The translations under genes and the position numbers were made by a program. Below, piece after piece: positions 14,132 to 28,882 of a stretch of 64,000 nt of DNA. A model generated the notes under the pieces. It made no database searches, was not told where the DNA came from, and saw nothing but the letters and a program-made list of their open reading frames with translations. Location: NCBI RefSeq assembly GCF_009914755.1, contig NC_060937.1, one strand, 5' to 3'. Each line of letters starts with the position of its first letter. Position 1 is the first letter of the stretch. This stretch comes from the human T2T-CHM13v2.0 reference genome, Homo sapiens.

Positions 14132-17100
14132 GCCAGTTGATTCAGGTGCTCTAATGAGATCTCTAGACTTGTTCTTTGAACCCATGTTTATGTTAAACAG
14201 GAGCTTCCAGCTCTAGGTTCTTGGGCACAGGCTGATGTGAGTTCATTGTGGATTCCTGTGAAGTGTGTTACTGCAGGTGACCGAAACTGGACTTGGACTG
14301 AGGTATGAGGACTCTCCCTGAGATACAAGTGCTTTACTAGTTGCTTTGTTTTGTGTCGGGAGAAAGCTTGGCGGCTCCTCCTCTATATCGTAGCCTCTGT
14401 CAGAACTGTTGTGCCTTGTCATCAGCCCTTTCTGGGTGGTGCCATCTCCTGCGTGGCCTTGCCATGAAGAGACTTCCTTTTGGGTACCTGGGGCAGACGC
14501 TGCCACAACCGCAGGCGTCCTTTGCTGAGTGCTAGTTGTGGTGAGGAGCTGAGGCCAGCTGACATGAGTGTGCCGGTGCTCCAGGATTATGCTGGTTGAC
14601 CAAGTTGGTCAGCTGAAAAATTCCTTAAAATACCCCAGGGGCCTGTTTTTATTTTGTATTGTTTCTGAAAGGATAAATACTTGAAAACATGGATGCCAGA
14701 GAAGAGAGCTCTATGACTTTTATGAAATTGGCCATGCGCAAGTTTAACAAAAAACTAGTTAAAAGACTAGAAATTATGGTTACAAAATATCTTTGCTAAT
14801 AGTTTACTGTCTGGCTTGGGTGAGTTTAACTTTAAGGTGTGGTAGCTCTGGAAATTTATCGTGAGTCACACATAATAACCGGCTACACCATCAGGCATCA
14901 GCCCACACACAATTTTCCAGCCCTGAACTTTGAGTGTTTCATAGAAAATGAAAATAATGCAGTTTTATGTTTTATTCTAGGGATGAGGTGGTTGGCACCA
15001 TTTTAGGCTTTGCTGAAGACTTGTGAATTTGATGTTTCCTACCAAATTAAAACATATTGAGGGAGTACTTAGTTTCTAGTTGACAAACATAAATCTCCTT
15101 TAAGAGAAAACCATACCAAAAAACCATGGTATATTGTCTGTATGTTGATTTCCTCCTTTGTTGGTTACTTGTTTGACCTGGACCATCAGTTCTCAAAATG
15201 GCCAACTCAGCTCTTGAAATCATAATTACACATTTGAAGGAAGCCGAAACCAGCACACGCAGATGGCTATCTGCCTGCATGCTTTCTTTTTCTTGCCTTC
15301 TGTTCTCTTTCTGAGATTGGAACACCATTGATATACTTTCTCTTGTACTGAATCAAAGATGCCATCATGCAGGAGATGGTCAGTAGATGTTCTTTCTCTA
15401 CATGCTGGGATTGGTCTTGAGTTTTAATAGTTATTAAATGCAATTGTGCTGGGCCCTTGGAAAACCAACTTTTATTATGTAAATTCATGACAGACAATTA
15501 TTTTCCTGAAAGCCTGTCTCTGTCTGGGATGTCTCTCTATTCTGAAAGGCTTTCTCCATCTGGGATATTTTCTTGTTTCATCAAAATCCTCCTCAAACTC
15601 TGTGGTTCTGCTAAAATATCTCCTTCCTTGACTTTCTTTCTTCCGCTTGTCCTTTATTCTTTGAGATTCCCTTGGCACTTGTCATGTATATCCATTCTGG
15701 ATGCTTGGTCAGTTTTTTAATGTGTTCTCTTGCATGTGTTCATACCATCTTCTTAACTAGTCTACAAGTTCAGCAAAGGAAAAAAATGCTTTGCTCATTT
15801 TTATAAATGTCACTGTCTAACACGCAATAGGCACCCTGGAAATGATTTGTTAATGTAGTTCGTGTGTTCATTAACTTTCATGTAGAGCAAACCATGTGCG
15901 AGACCCTCTGTTAGGTATTTTCACCTCCACTGTCTACTTGAATCTTTCTAGGGACTCTAGGAGATAGGCATTATTATAATTTTTAGGTGACAGAACTAAT
16001 CCACAAAGAGCTTCCCTGATGTCCCCAAGCCAGGAAATGGCAGAGCCAAATTCAGTATAATTCCCAGTCTAATACTTCTTTTGCAATGCCATCTTCACAA
16101 TAAAAATTATCAAGAAGGCCAGGAGGCAGGGATGCTTCCTTTTACAGGTAGGAAAGCCTGTTTAGGAAGTCAGCTCCTCAGGAGCCCTGGGACCTGTTGG
16201 AGGTGTCCTCAGGGAATGACTGTGCAAGCTGCTGGCAAGCTCCCACAGCCCTGTTGGGTGCTAGAGACTCTTAAGTGTCTCTAAACTCTCTGCTCAGTTC
16301 TTCTGACTATAGCCTTGTTATGCTAACTGATATCCAGGGTCCTGATGGCCATAGGCAAGGAGCGTGCCTCTGAAAGCTCTTTTATTTTCCCTGGCATGGG
16401 ATTCTTTCCACTTGATGCACTTGTGTCCTGTGCACTGTTACGCTGTAAGCTTTCTTCTAGACAGAGCTTGCTGCAGGCAGAAAGGACAAAGAACAGCTGG
16501 CCCTGAGGATAGGAAGGCAGCTCTGCAGACACTGAACAGGGCTTGTGAAATCCCTTGAGTCCATGGTGGGTGAGGAGTCTTGCTGCAAATGTGCATGTCT
16601 GTGCTCACAGAGCAACACTAAACCCATGCAGCTGGGCTGGTGTGCCGTCACCCGAAGCAGTATAGTTGAACAGGCTTGCCTGGATGGGAATCCACATGAC
16701 TGTACACAAGGAGAAATATTGGTACCTAGCAAAGAAGCATTGTGACAAAAGAGAAAACTTGGCTAACATATTCTAGTGGTTTTAGATAATTTCCCTTTGT
16801 TGGTCAATAAACCAGCCTTTGGGGCGGGGGATGTGAAAAATTTCACCCATACACAGCAGAGTTTCTCAGTGTCAAATGTCTGTCACAAATTTTGCTTGTG
16901 GTCATCTCTAAAGCCTACAATTTAAAAAAAAAAAAGCGGCAATTATCTCAACCAAAGTGCTATTGAGTGCACTTCCCAGTGGCTGATCCTCAGACTCCTT
17001 TCCCAACAATGTTTTCCTCGTGCAAAAAGCCCAAAGGAGCGTGTGCGTGGTTCTGAAGCCGAGAAGTCAACTCCGCGGAAAATTTGCATGCTGTAATTGA

Positions 17101-17701
17101 GTTGCCAGGAATACTCAAGACATAATTCTTCAGGCTTGTAATGATTGTGATTCCCTGCAGCCTTCCAGACTGGCAGTGGAAATGGCAGCTGGACTCCTCC
17201 AGGCTCTTGTAACCTGGTTGTAAGATTGGGCCTATCCCATGCAGCTCTGATTCCCTTGTTTTCAGGAGGTTGTAGCTGGTCAGCCCTCAGCCTTCCCCTC
17301 CTTTAAACTCCTCCAGTTTATTATGCATTTACAACTCCTTTGGACATGGGGTCATGTGGTTGCCTAGTGTGCTGGATTGAAATATTTAGTATAGAGGCAT
17401 CTTGTGACTACAGGGTAAGTTCTTGGAGGAAAAGAATCTTCTCATACTTCTTTAGATAAGCACTTAGTAGATGCTGAGTACTTTTGAATGAGTGAACAGA
17501 GATGGATTTTGCATTCCTTTGTAAACATTTTGAGTGCCTGTTTGTGATGTGGCCCTGTGGACATGCATGACATAAAGGTGTGATCAGGATGAAGTTGAAG
17601 AAGGAACCAGTGTAGAACCTTTGTGGATAATTTTCAAGAAAATTAGTTGGTCAATCATTCCTGGTTGACAGATTGAACTTAATATGGGAGTCATTTAGTT
17701 G

Positions 17702-17778
17702 ATATTGCATCTTTGAGCATTAGGGCAAAGGCAAGACCCTCTGCTCCTTGTCTGCCCTAATGCTCAAAGATGCAATAT
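17702..17778. repeat. Perfect 26-bp inverted repeat (hairpin/cruciform)
   Basis: 'atattgcatctttgagcattagggca' (17702-17727) is the exact reverse complement of 17753-17778. Spacer is 25 nt. Confidence 0.97.
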
Positions 17779-17785
17779 GAGGGTT

Positions 17786-17821
17786 TGTGTGTGTGTGTGT
17801 GTGTGCGTGTGTATATGTGTG
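17786..17821. repeat. Imperfect (TG)n microsatellite
   Basis: Seen directly. Confidence 0.95.
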
Positions 17822-19679
17822 GAAGTCTACACTGGATCTTGTCACTGCATTGCAGTGAAGCAGGACACAGTTGATTCCTAACTTGGAGGAAGCTTCCATC
17901 ACTTCATCCCATTATGCTATATCTTGGGATACTTTCTTGTGTTTTGGGGCATCCTTTTCTCTGATTCTATTTTTGAACCCTAAAATACTTCCTTAGTGAA
18001 ATATTTGACTATCCAAAGTTCAAGTATGCTCAGACAGTAAATCTTGAGATGTAGAGATGAAGAAGGGTCGGGGGAATGTTTCTTGGTATAATTTAGACTA
18101 AAGGCAGGTATAAACTTTGTTTTGGAGATTTTGGATTGACTGTCTCCATGGTCCTGAATCCCAGGGCCAATCAGAGGCAAAACTGAAAAAGTGAAATTTA
18201 CCTCTGAAAGTTTCTCACCTCCCTTTCCATCTCCTGGATGCTTTTCCCCATGGTGATAGTCTCTCTAAACAGATGGCTCATTGCACAGATGACCTCCTTC
18301 CCCAGCCTCCTGTCAAAATCTGTGTCCAAGTTGCTACAACTTTGGACACTTGAGGTTACCCCAAGCTCAACTAGAGCCACTGGTGAGGCATAGCTTTAAC
18401 AACAGGAAGTGCTCTTCCAGAGCACATTATAGAAGTGACTGTTGATTAAAGAGGTGGCAGTCCTAGGGTGTTCTTCATTGGTCAGATCACATTTGTTTAG
18501 TTCTGAGGAGCACCCTTTAAGAGGCATGTTGATCAATGAGGGCATATCCAGATGAGGGTGGGACAACTAGATTGATGAAATATGAAGACAGTGTTCTAGG
18601 AGTAATGATGGAAGAATTGAACCTTTGAAGCCTGACAGAAGAGGCCAGGATGGTCCTAGAAGCTGAAGGTTAGGAGGTAAAGGTGATCCAGTTTAAATAC
18701 CGCTTCTGGTGTTTGATTTTAAGCACTACACCTTTCTGCCAGATGATCAACTGACTTGGTCTGAATACCTCTTATGGCAGAAAGCTCACTAACCAGAACC
18801 CCAGAACATGGCAGCTACCTTTAAATATTTTACATGGAATGGTGTAAAACCTCCAGAAGGCAGAATATCTGCCAATGGGAAGGAATAAGAAAAAGTCATT
18901 CTTCTGGTTCAGAGTCCAATGGACTCTGTCTTCTGAAGTATACATATATTTTTAAAAATTTATATTTATATATACATATGTATTTTGAAAGACAGAACAT
19001 TCAGAATTAGTTTCTGGCATCATGTTCTATCTTTCAGGATGCATGATGTGCATCTTCTTTCACCCCGGAGTGAAGAGCATGATGACAAATGAGAAAGAAT
19101 CATTTCACACATCCTGGTAAAATAAATATTCTTTGTCAGAACAGCAGGTGATTAGATCTTCATTTTGATATATGCTGCAGTGTCTTCAGAAATGAACTAG
19201 TAAGACCCAATTTCAAAGAGAATGCAAATTTGCAGCTCAGGAATATGTTGAGGAGATTAGAAGCCTGTGTAAAATAGTGTAGAGGTGAATCCACTCAAGG
19301 CACATGGTCTTGCATCAGTGAATCCCATTAGGGCAGATTCAAGTCTGGGCACGTAGACTAAGGGTGCCTGATTGAATACTCATTTCTACTACTTGTGGTA
19401 CCATTATTAGCTGTGACTTTTGTTGAAGCATTAATATGCTCGAGCCATCTCCCAGGTGGAGTCATGGCTTGATTCCTATAAATGATTAATCTTGGGGAAG
19501 AAACGCTTGATTCAAAAATTAATTTGAGTAAACTTGCTAGTTTACAGAGTAACTTATATAAGTGGGACATCAGTTGTTATCTGATGTGAATAAGAATTAA
19601 CATAAAGTGCTTTGCCTGGAAAGCTTTTCTCCTGCCTTTCTCAGTAGAGCGTTCCTTTCTGGGAGGAGAGGCAGAACAG

Positions 19680-19990
19680 TGTCTGACTGAGAGCATAGCA
19701 CCTGGAGCCAGGTGTCTTCTGCTTTGATACCAACTTTGCCACTTGTCAGCAGCATGGCTTTGGGTGAAGTACTTCATCACTCTTTACTTTGGCTTCCTAA
19801 TCTGTAAAGTGGGGATGTTGATAATAAGACCTAACCTGGAGGATCGTTATGGGGCAAAACATATTCTTACTTTTATGGACAAGAAGACCCAGGCTCAGAA
19901 AGTCAAGTGTCTTCCAAGTTCACGGAGCTGGTGAGTGGATGGGTCTGGTTTCAAACTTTAGGCTGTCAGCCCCACATCTGTGCCATTCTT
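19680..19990. mobile_element. MIR fragments in opposite orientations
   Basis: 'cttcctaatctgtaaagtgggg' (+) and 'acccaggctcagaaagtcaagtgtcttccaagttcac' (-). Confidence 0.6.
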
Positions 19991-19992
19991 CA

Positions 19993-20125
19993 CTAGCACT
20001 GCCTCCCAAACTGGCCCATCATGAGAGTCACCTGGAGGTGCCTGTTAAAACCACAGATTCCTGTGAACCAGGAATGTGAGATATTAACAAAGTCCCAGGT
20101 GGTAAGATCTGGTGGTGGTGTACCA
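19993..20125. mobile_element. MER5A-like hAT-Charlie MITE fragment
   Basis: 'gagagtcacctggaggtgcctgttaaaaccacagattcctg...ttaacaaagtcccaggtg'. Confidence 0.6.
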
Positions 20126-22059
20126 GAGCTCTCCAGCCCCTGAGCTTTCTTAGCTGGATGTGTGGATTTGTGTGCAGAGGTGTTTTGTTCCCCCTTTCCC
20201 ATTCATGTGTTTCCAACTTCCCCCTTAACCAACCTTTTCGTTCCCCACAACTTTTCCTGTGTTGTCCACTGTGCCTTTGAGAGTGCTGATTACTTAAATC
20301 ATCTCTCTCTCAGATTTTCCAGGCCCTCCATGTGTCTCATCACTTTGTTCAAGCTGCCTGACAACCCAGCCTTCGCCTTTAAATGTCCTTGTATCTTCCT
20401 TCCAGCTGACCTTTTGTTCTTCTTTCATTGCTATTTTACCTCCCACTTTTCCTTCCCTTTGGGTTTCTCAGAACCCTTGAGATGACCGCAGATGGCATTT
20501 TGTATGCCACATTGTAATGAAAACTGTAGTATAAATTATTTTCAGAGTACAGTATGGCATAATAAAGTCTATTATTTATATTAAGTGTATATAATTTTAG
20601 TGAAGAGAAAATAATGACTGCTATATATTTGACTGAAAGTGATTATATTTTAATCTAAAAGCCAAAGTGAGTGCAGTGAGCCCTGCTAATAGCCAGCCAT
20701 GCCTGTGTAATTTGTAGAGAGTCACCTCTTTGACATGCTGTTTCAAGACCTGTATTGTCTTCTTTCGGCAATGCTTGGATTTGGAACATGGAGTCATAGC
20801 TGCAAATCCTAATTTCCTGCAAGGCCAAATGATGGTTCAAGAAACAATATTCCATGGAGTAACCTTGATTTCTGCAATTGTGTAGGTCAGAGTCAAATGC
20901 ACTCATCTGATGTGATGACAAATTAGTTCAAGGGCTTTGGCCCACAAGCTGCCACTCAAGGAGTCAAGCATGAATTTGAGGCACAAATGGGCAGTTGTGT
21001 ATGCTATTGCGGTCTGAATAAATAGCATTCAGAAGCACTAAATTGATTGCATACCCAGGAAAGGAGAAATAATTGGGCGAATGAAGTTTGTAGCTGGTTA
21101 TTTACACACCAATGTGGATTTTTCAGTTGAGAGGCACATAATTATTACAGGTCCAGTGGAGGAGTTCTTGGAGAATAGGAATTACACATATTCATGAATA
21201 ATTACGTCAGTCTCTTATATATTCCATTATCATTACACATTTCTTGCATTTATTATACTTCTCAAGGTATGTGTGAGCAAAGCTTGTAACACAAAGTACT
21301 TTCCTCAGGGATCTATAATGTTTTGGTATTTTGAGAATTTATTAATTCAATATTTTTATGGGCCCTAGGCATTGTAAGGAAAAATTCAGTTCAAAATGGT
21401 TTTGTTAGAATGACTGAGGAGGTGTAGTTCAAAGATTGAGGTTAAGTCCCAGTAACTGTGTGACCTTGAGCAACTAAGTCACTTTAGCTGTGTAAGCACC
21501 ATTTTCATCACCTACAAAATGGAATGCTGCCTATCTCATTGGGTTGTTGAGATAATGATATATCATTGCATCCAAGATTGCCTGGTGAACTTAAAAGCCC
21601 AGTTGCACTAGATTATCATTGTTTTACGTTTGGTGGAAAGGGACAGCCAGTTGTTTAACATTGCTTGATTCCCGTTGACTGTACCTGCACTGGGCTACCT
21701 CTGCTAAGGGTGTCTGTTGGGACTTGGGAAATTTTGATGTGACTGAATTGTGAGATGATATTATCACATGTTGAGAACAGAGAACAACCCAGTCTTTATC
21801 ACTTGGTGGGGACTGATGCCCATGATGGTGCTGGCTAGTTAGAATGTCAAAGCTAGAGTGGTCTCCTGGGGCTTCAACCACCTAGCAGATAGCTCGTAGT
21901 CTAGTGTTTCCCAAATGGTTTTGCAAAGAATTCCAGTCCTTTGGAAGCAGAATTTTATGGCTCAACAAGTTTGGTAAATGCTGTATGTGCTGGCTCCCTC
22001 TTAGAGCTAGCATTATAAATGTGTATGTGTGATATAAGTTGTGCTTTCTGAAATATAGA

Positions 22060-22237
22060 AACTAGCCCCATCTGGCTATTTAACTACAAACTAATTAATA
22101 AAATAAAAAATTCAATTTCTCCATTACACTAGCTACATTTCAAATGCTTAATAGCCATATGTGGCTCATGGCTGCCATATTGGAAAGTACATACATAGAA
22201 CATTTCCATCATTGCAGAAAGTTATGTTGGACAGTGC
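22060..22237. mobile_element. MER3/MER33 hAT-Charlie MITE
   Basis: 'cactagctacatttcaaatgcttaatagccatatgtggctc...catttccatcattgcagaaagttatgttggacagtgc'. Confidence 0.75.
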
Positions 22238-22588
22238 AGAAAAGGCTCTGAGACCTCTTGCAGCAAAATTACTTATTTAACTTTGTTCATTTCTCAAGCC
22301 TTTTAGTACCCAGCAGAGTTGCCATTCTGTAAGACACTGTTTAGAAAATATAGTTTGGCATCCTTGGAGAGATGATTTTTTCTGCCTGAGTATGGTGTTC
22401 TAGGAATCTGCTCTGCAGCTCCTGTATCTTTGCAGCTTTTCAAATCCTGCTTCTGTTATGACCACAGTCATATTTATTTGTGTTCTTGTCCATGATGAAA
22501 GAGAATTATTTTGCTATTATAAGACATATCCCCCGATGCTTCATATCTCTGTTAAATCTTCCAATAGCCAGTGTTCCCTCGGTTATAG

Positions 22589-22944
<356 letters not shown>

Positions 22945-24540
22945 TAGTTCAATCTTATTTTACTTATGATACAACTGAAGCCCAGAAAGATTATATGACT
23001 TTCCCAAGGTCACTCAGTTAATAGGACAGTTCATACTCCAGATACCTATTTCTTATTAATGCTGTTGGTTCCTCTCTTCACAATATGAAAAAAAGCAATT
23101 ATTAATGGACTAGGATTGTGTCAATGGTTATATGAGTTTTATCTCTAGTTAGAAATCTTGCCTATCTTTGTGAGAGTAGGCTCTGAATAAATGTACTCTG
23201 TATTTCTTAGCCTAATATGTATTTGCATGTTCTGACTCCATAGAACCCATCAGTGAATACATCACTCTTCACTCAATTCCTTCCCACTGCTTTGTGAGAA
23301 AGTCTTTGATGATTTTCTGCAAACAGCCAATAGTATCTTCTTGAGTTTTCATCTACTTTTGTACCCACTTAGTGCTCCTTTGATTAGAGATTCTAACTAC
23401 AGTATCTGCTTTTCACTTTTTGGGACATGGAATATAAAAGTGGGTGGAAATTGCAATCTGCATAATGGAAGAAAAATTGCACTCCTACTAGTTTATAGAA
23501 AGGTTGACATTTGCTGTGAAGCGTTCAGTTCCCGGGTTCTGGTCAGATATGCATTTCTGTGCTCACCACTGTGGAGAGGAAGGTACCACATGGGGGTGTC
23601 ACGTAGGTTGTAAAAGGAAGACGGTTGTCTGTCAGGGTAGTGTCCCAAGAGAAACTGCCCTATTACGGCTGTGATCTGGAATGAATATACTTCTGGCACC
23701 TTTACTAGGATGTCAGTGGGAAAGTCCCATTAGTCATCTTTGCCAGATGGGGGCTTCCGGACACCTCCGCATGGCTGTACATGTCTGTATTAATAAAAAC
23801 ACTGAAGCCACATGGGTTTTGGCCACACGTCTCATCCTGTCGACCCTCTGGCCCTGCAAGGATTACAAAGAGGGAAATAAGTCATGGAGCCTGATCTTTG
23901 AATGGTTTTACTTTTGAAATGTGGGAGATGTTATGTTCACTATTTCTCTTGGGATAAACCTCCAGAGAATTTGGAGCTTTAAGGGCAGAGCCCACTTTAG
24001 GCTACCCTGGGAGCTCTGAAAGAGGTGCCTTTCCAGGTGATTCTGATAAGCTCTGATGTTTGAGAATCACTGCTTTGAAGAAATCACTCATTTTCTCAGG
24101 ATGTCATCAGCCCAATAAACAGTGATACAACTTAATTGACATCAAAAAGAATGATACCATTATCTTTGTTTTGACTTCACTGAATTCAAATTTTGCTCTT
24201 CTTCATACAGAAGCTGGTATGAACATCCTGGTTAATGACCGCATACTATAGAAGAAGCCCGTTTTGTTTTTCTGCTGCCTGCTTGTGGTGTCACTTTCTG
24301 TTCTATTACATGTAACCAGAGTCAGAGGAAATTCTGGCTCAAGATAGAACCCAGAGAGTAAAGTCCCCTGAACTTTTTCTTCCACTGGGTACTCCGCCGG
24401 CGATGAATGATCAGGTATTAGGGCAAGCCCTAAAATGCATGCCCAGGACCAGACCCCTTGCTCTGTTCTCTCCTGCTCCGTGGAGGTGATGTGGCTGTTA
24501 GTGGAGTTTGTTGTTACGGATGGACTTGGTCAGTAGGAGC

Positions 24541-25236
<696 letters not shown>

Positions 25237-25479
25237 AAAAGAGCCTATCTGATTGCCTGGATCCAGAGCTTTATCTGCAGTGGATGTAATCCTCTTCTAA
25301 GAGGGGAAGCTCCGTATAGAGAAAACAGCCCCAGGAAAAGAGCCAGGAGACCAGAGTCCTGCCTCTGACTCTCCAGTCAGCCAACTGGTGGTCCTGGACA
25401 TGTGTGTTCAAGTCTCTAGGCCTCTCTTTCTTAACCTGTAAAATGAAGTTGGTGGTAGCGGTGCAAGTTAAACTGGATT

Positions 25480-26260
25480 TACTAAATCCAGTGGCCTCTT
25501 TGTCATTTTATTTATATATCAGCTATAACATTTAATATTGTTGATCATTTTCTCCTTAAAATATTCACCTTTTTGGCTTTTGGGTCACCATTTTCATGTT
25601 GGTTCAACAAATGTTATTGGATTAGGCATTGTCTTAGGGAGTGAGAATACATGTAAGACAGTTTTTGTCTTTGAGGTGCCCACAAGATATGTAAACATCA
25701 TCTAACAATTTTTTTCTCTCTCTGCTCCTTCCTTCAAATCTCTATTTACTTCTTTAATTTTTGTTTTTGTTCTATAACTAACTGTCTTCAACTTCTCTGT
25801 ATATCCTCCTTGGAAGATGGTACTCATCACCCTGGTTTCAACTACCATTTAGATGTTGTGGATTAAAAACTATTTCTCTTTAACCATGATTCACCCTCAC
25901 TCACCCTTGAGTTATGAAGTTTTATTTATATCTGCATCCCCGTCATTTTTACCTGGGAATCCCTCTGGGATGTCCCATTCAAAAAACCATAAACCAAACC
26001 CATTTTACCTTATCCACTGCTTTCCTTCTGCTATTAAAACCCACTCCTCCTGAGTTTCCAATCCAGGGCATTGCCATCCATTAAGTCACTCAAATTAGAA
26101 ACCTCAGAGTCATGTACCTCTTCCCTTTCTCTGCATCTAGTTGGGCACACAACTTTTAGAATCCACCTCTGATGGATTCTGATTGGCCTTTGTCCCCTTA
26201 TTCCTATTACTCCCATTACTGCCCTAGTAGAGGCCCAGGTGAGTGCTCATTGGGATATCA
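25480..26260. mobile_element. L2 LINE fragments
   Basis: 'ctaaatccagtggcc', 'ttcaacaaatgttattg', 'gtcactcaaattagaaacctcagagtcat'. Confidence 0.55.
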
Positions 26261-26919
26261 TCAATTTTAAAATGTCCTTCACATCCCACACTTTATCATC
26301 TGCAAAGCCAGGAAGCATCTTACAGGCAGCAGTCATGAGGGGGACACCATGGTCTGTGCGTGTGCATCCAGACTTGCAGAATAGGCATCAGGCACTTGGA
26401 AGAAAATCCCAGAAACAACAGTGGAGCTTTATAAAAACACAGAATGCTCCCTCCATTCACATTCTAGATAGCTTTTGAGTGGACAGTGCTTCAGAAGAGT
26501 CAGATTCTGAATAGAAAATAAATGTTAGAAATACCTTGACCAAATTATTTTGCTTATATTTTCCCATTTATGTATGTGCAAGGGTGATATATGATAAAAA
26601 TCTGACAGTATAAGTATAAAGGATCCCTTTTAGTAAGTATAAAATACAAATTCCAAGTGATAAGAAACATTAGGTTATTGTTTAATTGGCAGACGTGTTC
26701 TTTCTAGAGGTGAATATAATAGTGGTGTGACATCATCAATGTCATCTTAGGCTTGAAAAAATACAGATAAAATGCAAAAATCTCTGATCAATCAATACTT
26801 TCATTACTCTTTTCAGCCCCTCCCACCTTCAGTGTCTTCTCTTCTGATCCGTTTTTCACGTTGCCATTGGCACACCCAGATCTGATTATATAATTCCAAT
26901 ACTTAGAAATATTCTGTAT

Positions 26920-27102
26920 GGCAGAGGTGCATCAGAGTCACCTGGAGGGCTTGTGAAAACATAGATGACTGTGCTTTAGCCCCAGCCCCAGAGTTTCTGA
27001 TTCCATAGGCCCAGGCTAGGGCTGGGCCATTTGCATTTCTAATAGGCTGCCAGGTGACACTGATGCTGCTGACTGCTCAGCGGCCACACTTGGAGAATCA
27101 CT
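26920..27102. mobile_element. MER5A hAT-Charlie MITE
   Basis: 'gcatcagagtcacctggagggcttgtgaaaac...tttgcatttctaa...caggtgacactgatgctgctg...ccacacttggagaatcactg'. Confidence 0.8.
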
Positions 27103-28882
27103 GCCCTTTGGTATAAAGTTCACACTCCTTTATGGCATTCAAGGCTCTTTCCCAAGGATCCTTGCTATACATCTGCAGCATCATTTTTCAGTGTTCTCAC
27201 ACACTTTATTCTCCATCATGCTTGGAATTCTCCATTCAGACCATGGAGGGTACTTCTTGATCTGTGATTTTTTTTATACACTGCCTGATAGCTCTTAAAA
27301 ATTATTCGACTTTTAAGATACAGTCCAATAAACAAATTCTTCAGCAGAAAATATTTCTTTCAGCAGAAAATATTTCTTTTACTTATCTTTCCCAAAGAGG
27401 TAAATTTCAGGATGTTTATCTATTAAGATCAACTTCTAAGATAGCTAAGCTTACTGCTCAGGCTTTTCCAGTAATTAGAAAGATATTCTTTGGGGACCAT
27501 CAGGTCACAAAGTTTGATGGGGTTTTCCAATTTTCTGGATTATCAATTTGGCAATCATCCCTACACTAAACACAGAATTTATTATGAGTCAATGGAGTCA
27601 TTATTATGACAATTTTAAATATTTATAAGATGTTGTAAATATATATAGTACTGAAAAGCACTTTAAACTGCACCAAGCCAACAAAATCCTCCCTATTTCA
27701 ATGTATTTATAGTTCAGGCTCATAAATAATATAACAAGATAAGAACTGTGGGAAGTGGGAGCATAGGCAGAGTGGGAATACAGGAGGGTGATGTTAAGGT
27801 GTGCTGTGAAGCAGACAAACCCTGAATTATGGCCTGCATTATGTCATGGCTTTTCCAGATGTGTGGTCTTTGACAATGGACCTACATTTGAAGTCAAATA
27901 AGGGTTTAAGCTGTATGTTTTTAGGGGGAGTTGCCACTTTGTTGATTTGTTTAAGTCATGGACTATTTCCTGAGTAGGAGTCTTTACCAGTTTTATATAT
28001 TGTGCATGTATGTTCATGTACATACATACACAGACACATCTAGACTCACACACACCTAGAGCCACACACACACCCAGACACACACACACACACACGAATT
28101 CTTAATCCATAACAACTTCAGAAATGCAGAGTTAGTGGATGTAAGTATTGTCCTCTGGTCTGCTCAAGTTTCATGAATACAATTTTCATCCTTTCATTTA
28201 TTCATTGAATGAACGCTGGAGTACATAGTGTATGCAAACCTTATGTTGACCCTTAACATGCAACAAATAATAAGTTTACACAATAATAAATGAATAAACA
28301 AATGCCTTTATAGAACTCAGAATACAACAGGAACAACTTAGAATACAATTATTATACCTGTCTACATTTCCAGCATTTCCAGAACCCTTTCCATGTGCCA
28401 GGCTCATGCTAGAATTTCCACACATTTTATCAGTTGACACAACTATGTAAAGTTGAGTACAATTATTATTCCTGAGGATATGGATTCCTAGGGAGGCTAA
28501 GAACCTCATCCAATATTACATAGCTTAACAGTTGTAGAGCCAAGATTTAAAGCGAGCATAACCTTATGCTATGTAGTTTCTAGTCTACAGTGCTGAAGTC
28601 TCATCAGGGAGATAGATTAATAAGAAATTACAATGCTGTGTGATAAATGCTATGGTAGGGAAATGCACAGGGTTGTGGGAATACATAACAGGGGGCAAGA
28701 AAATTTTTTCAAAGAAAATATGGTCTAGCAGCTGGCCAGAACTGGGGGAAGGGCATCTACAAAGGTCTGGAGGTTTGAGAGAGGTCTGCAATATAGGAGA
28801 CTGGGGGAAGGTCAGAAAAGTTGGAGCAAGAAAGTCCCCTCAGCTAACATCAGCCATTCCTTGTGTGATGTCAGTTGCCAGC

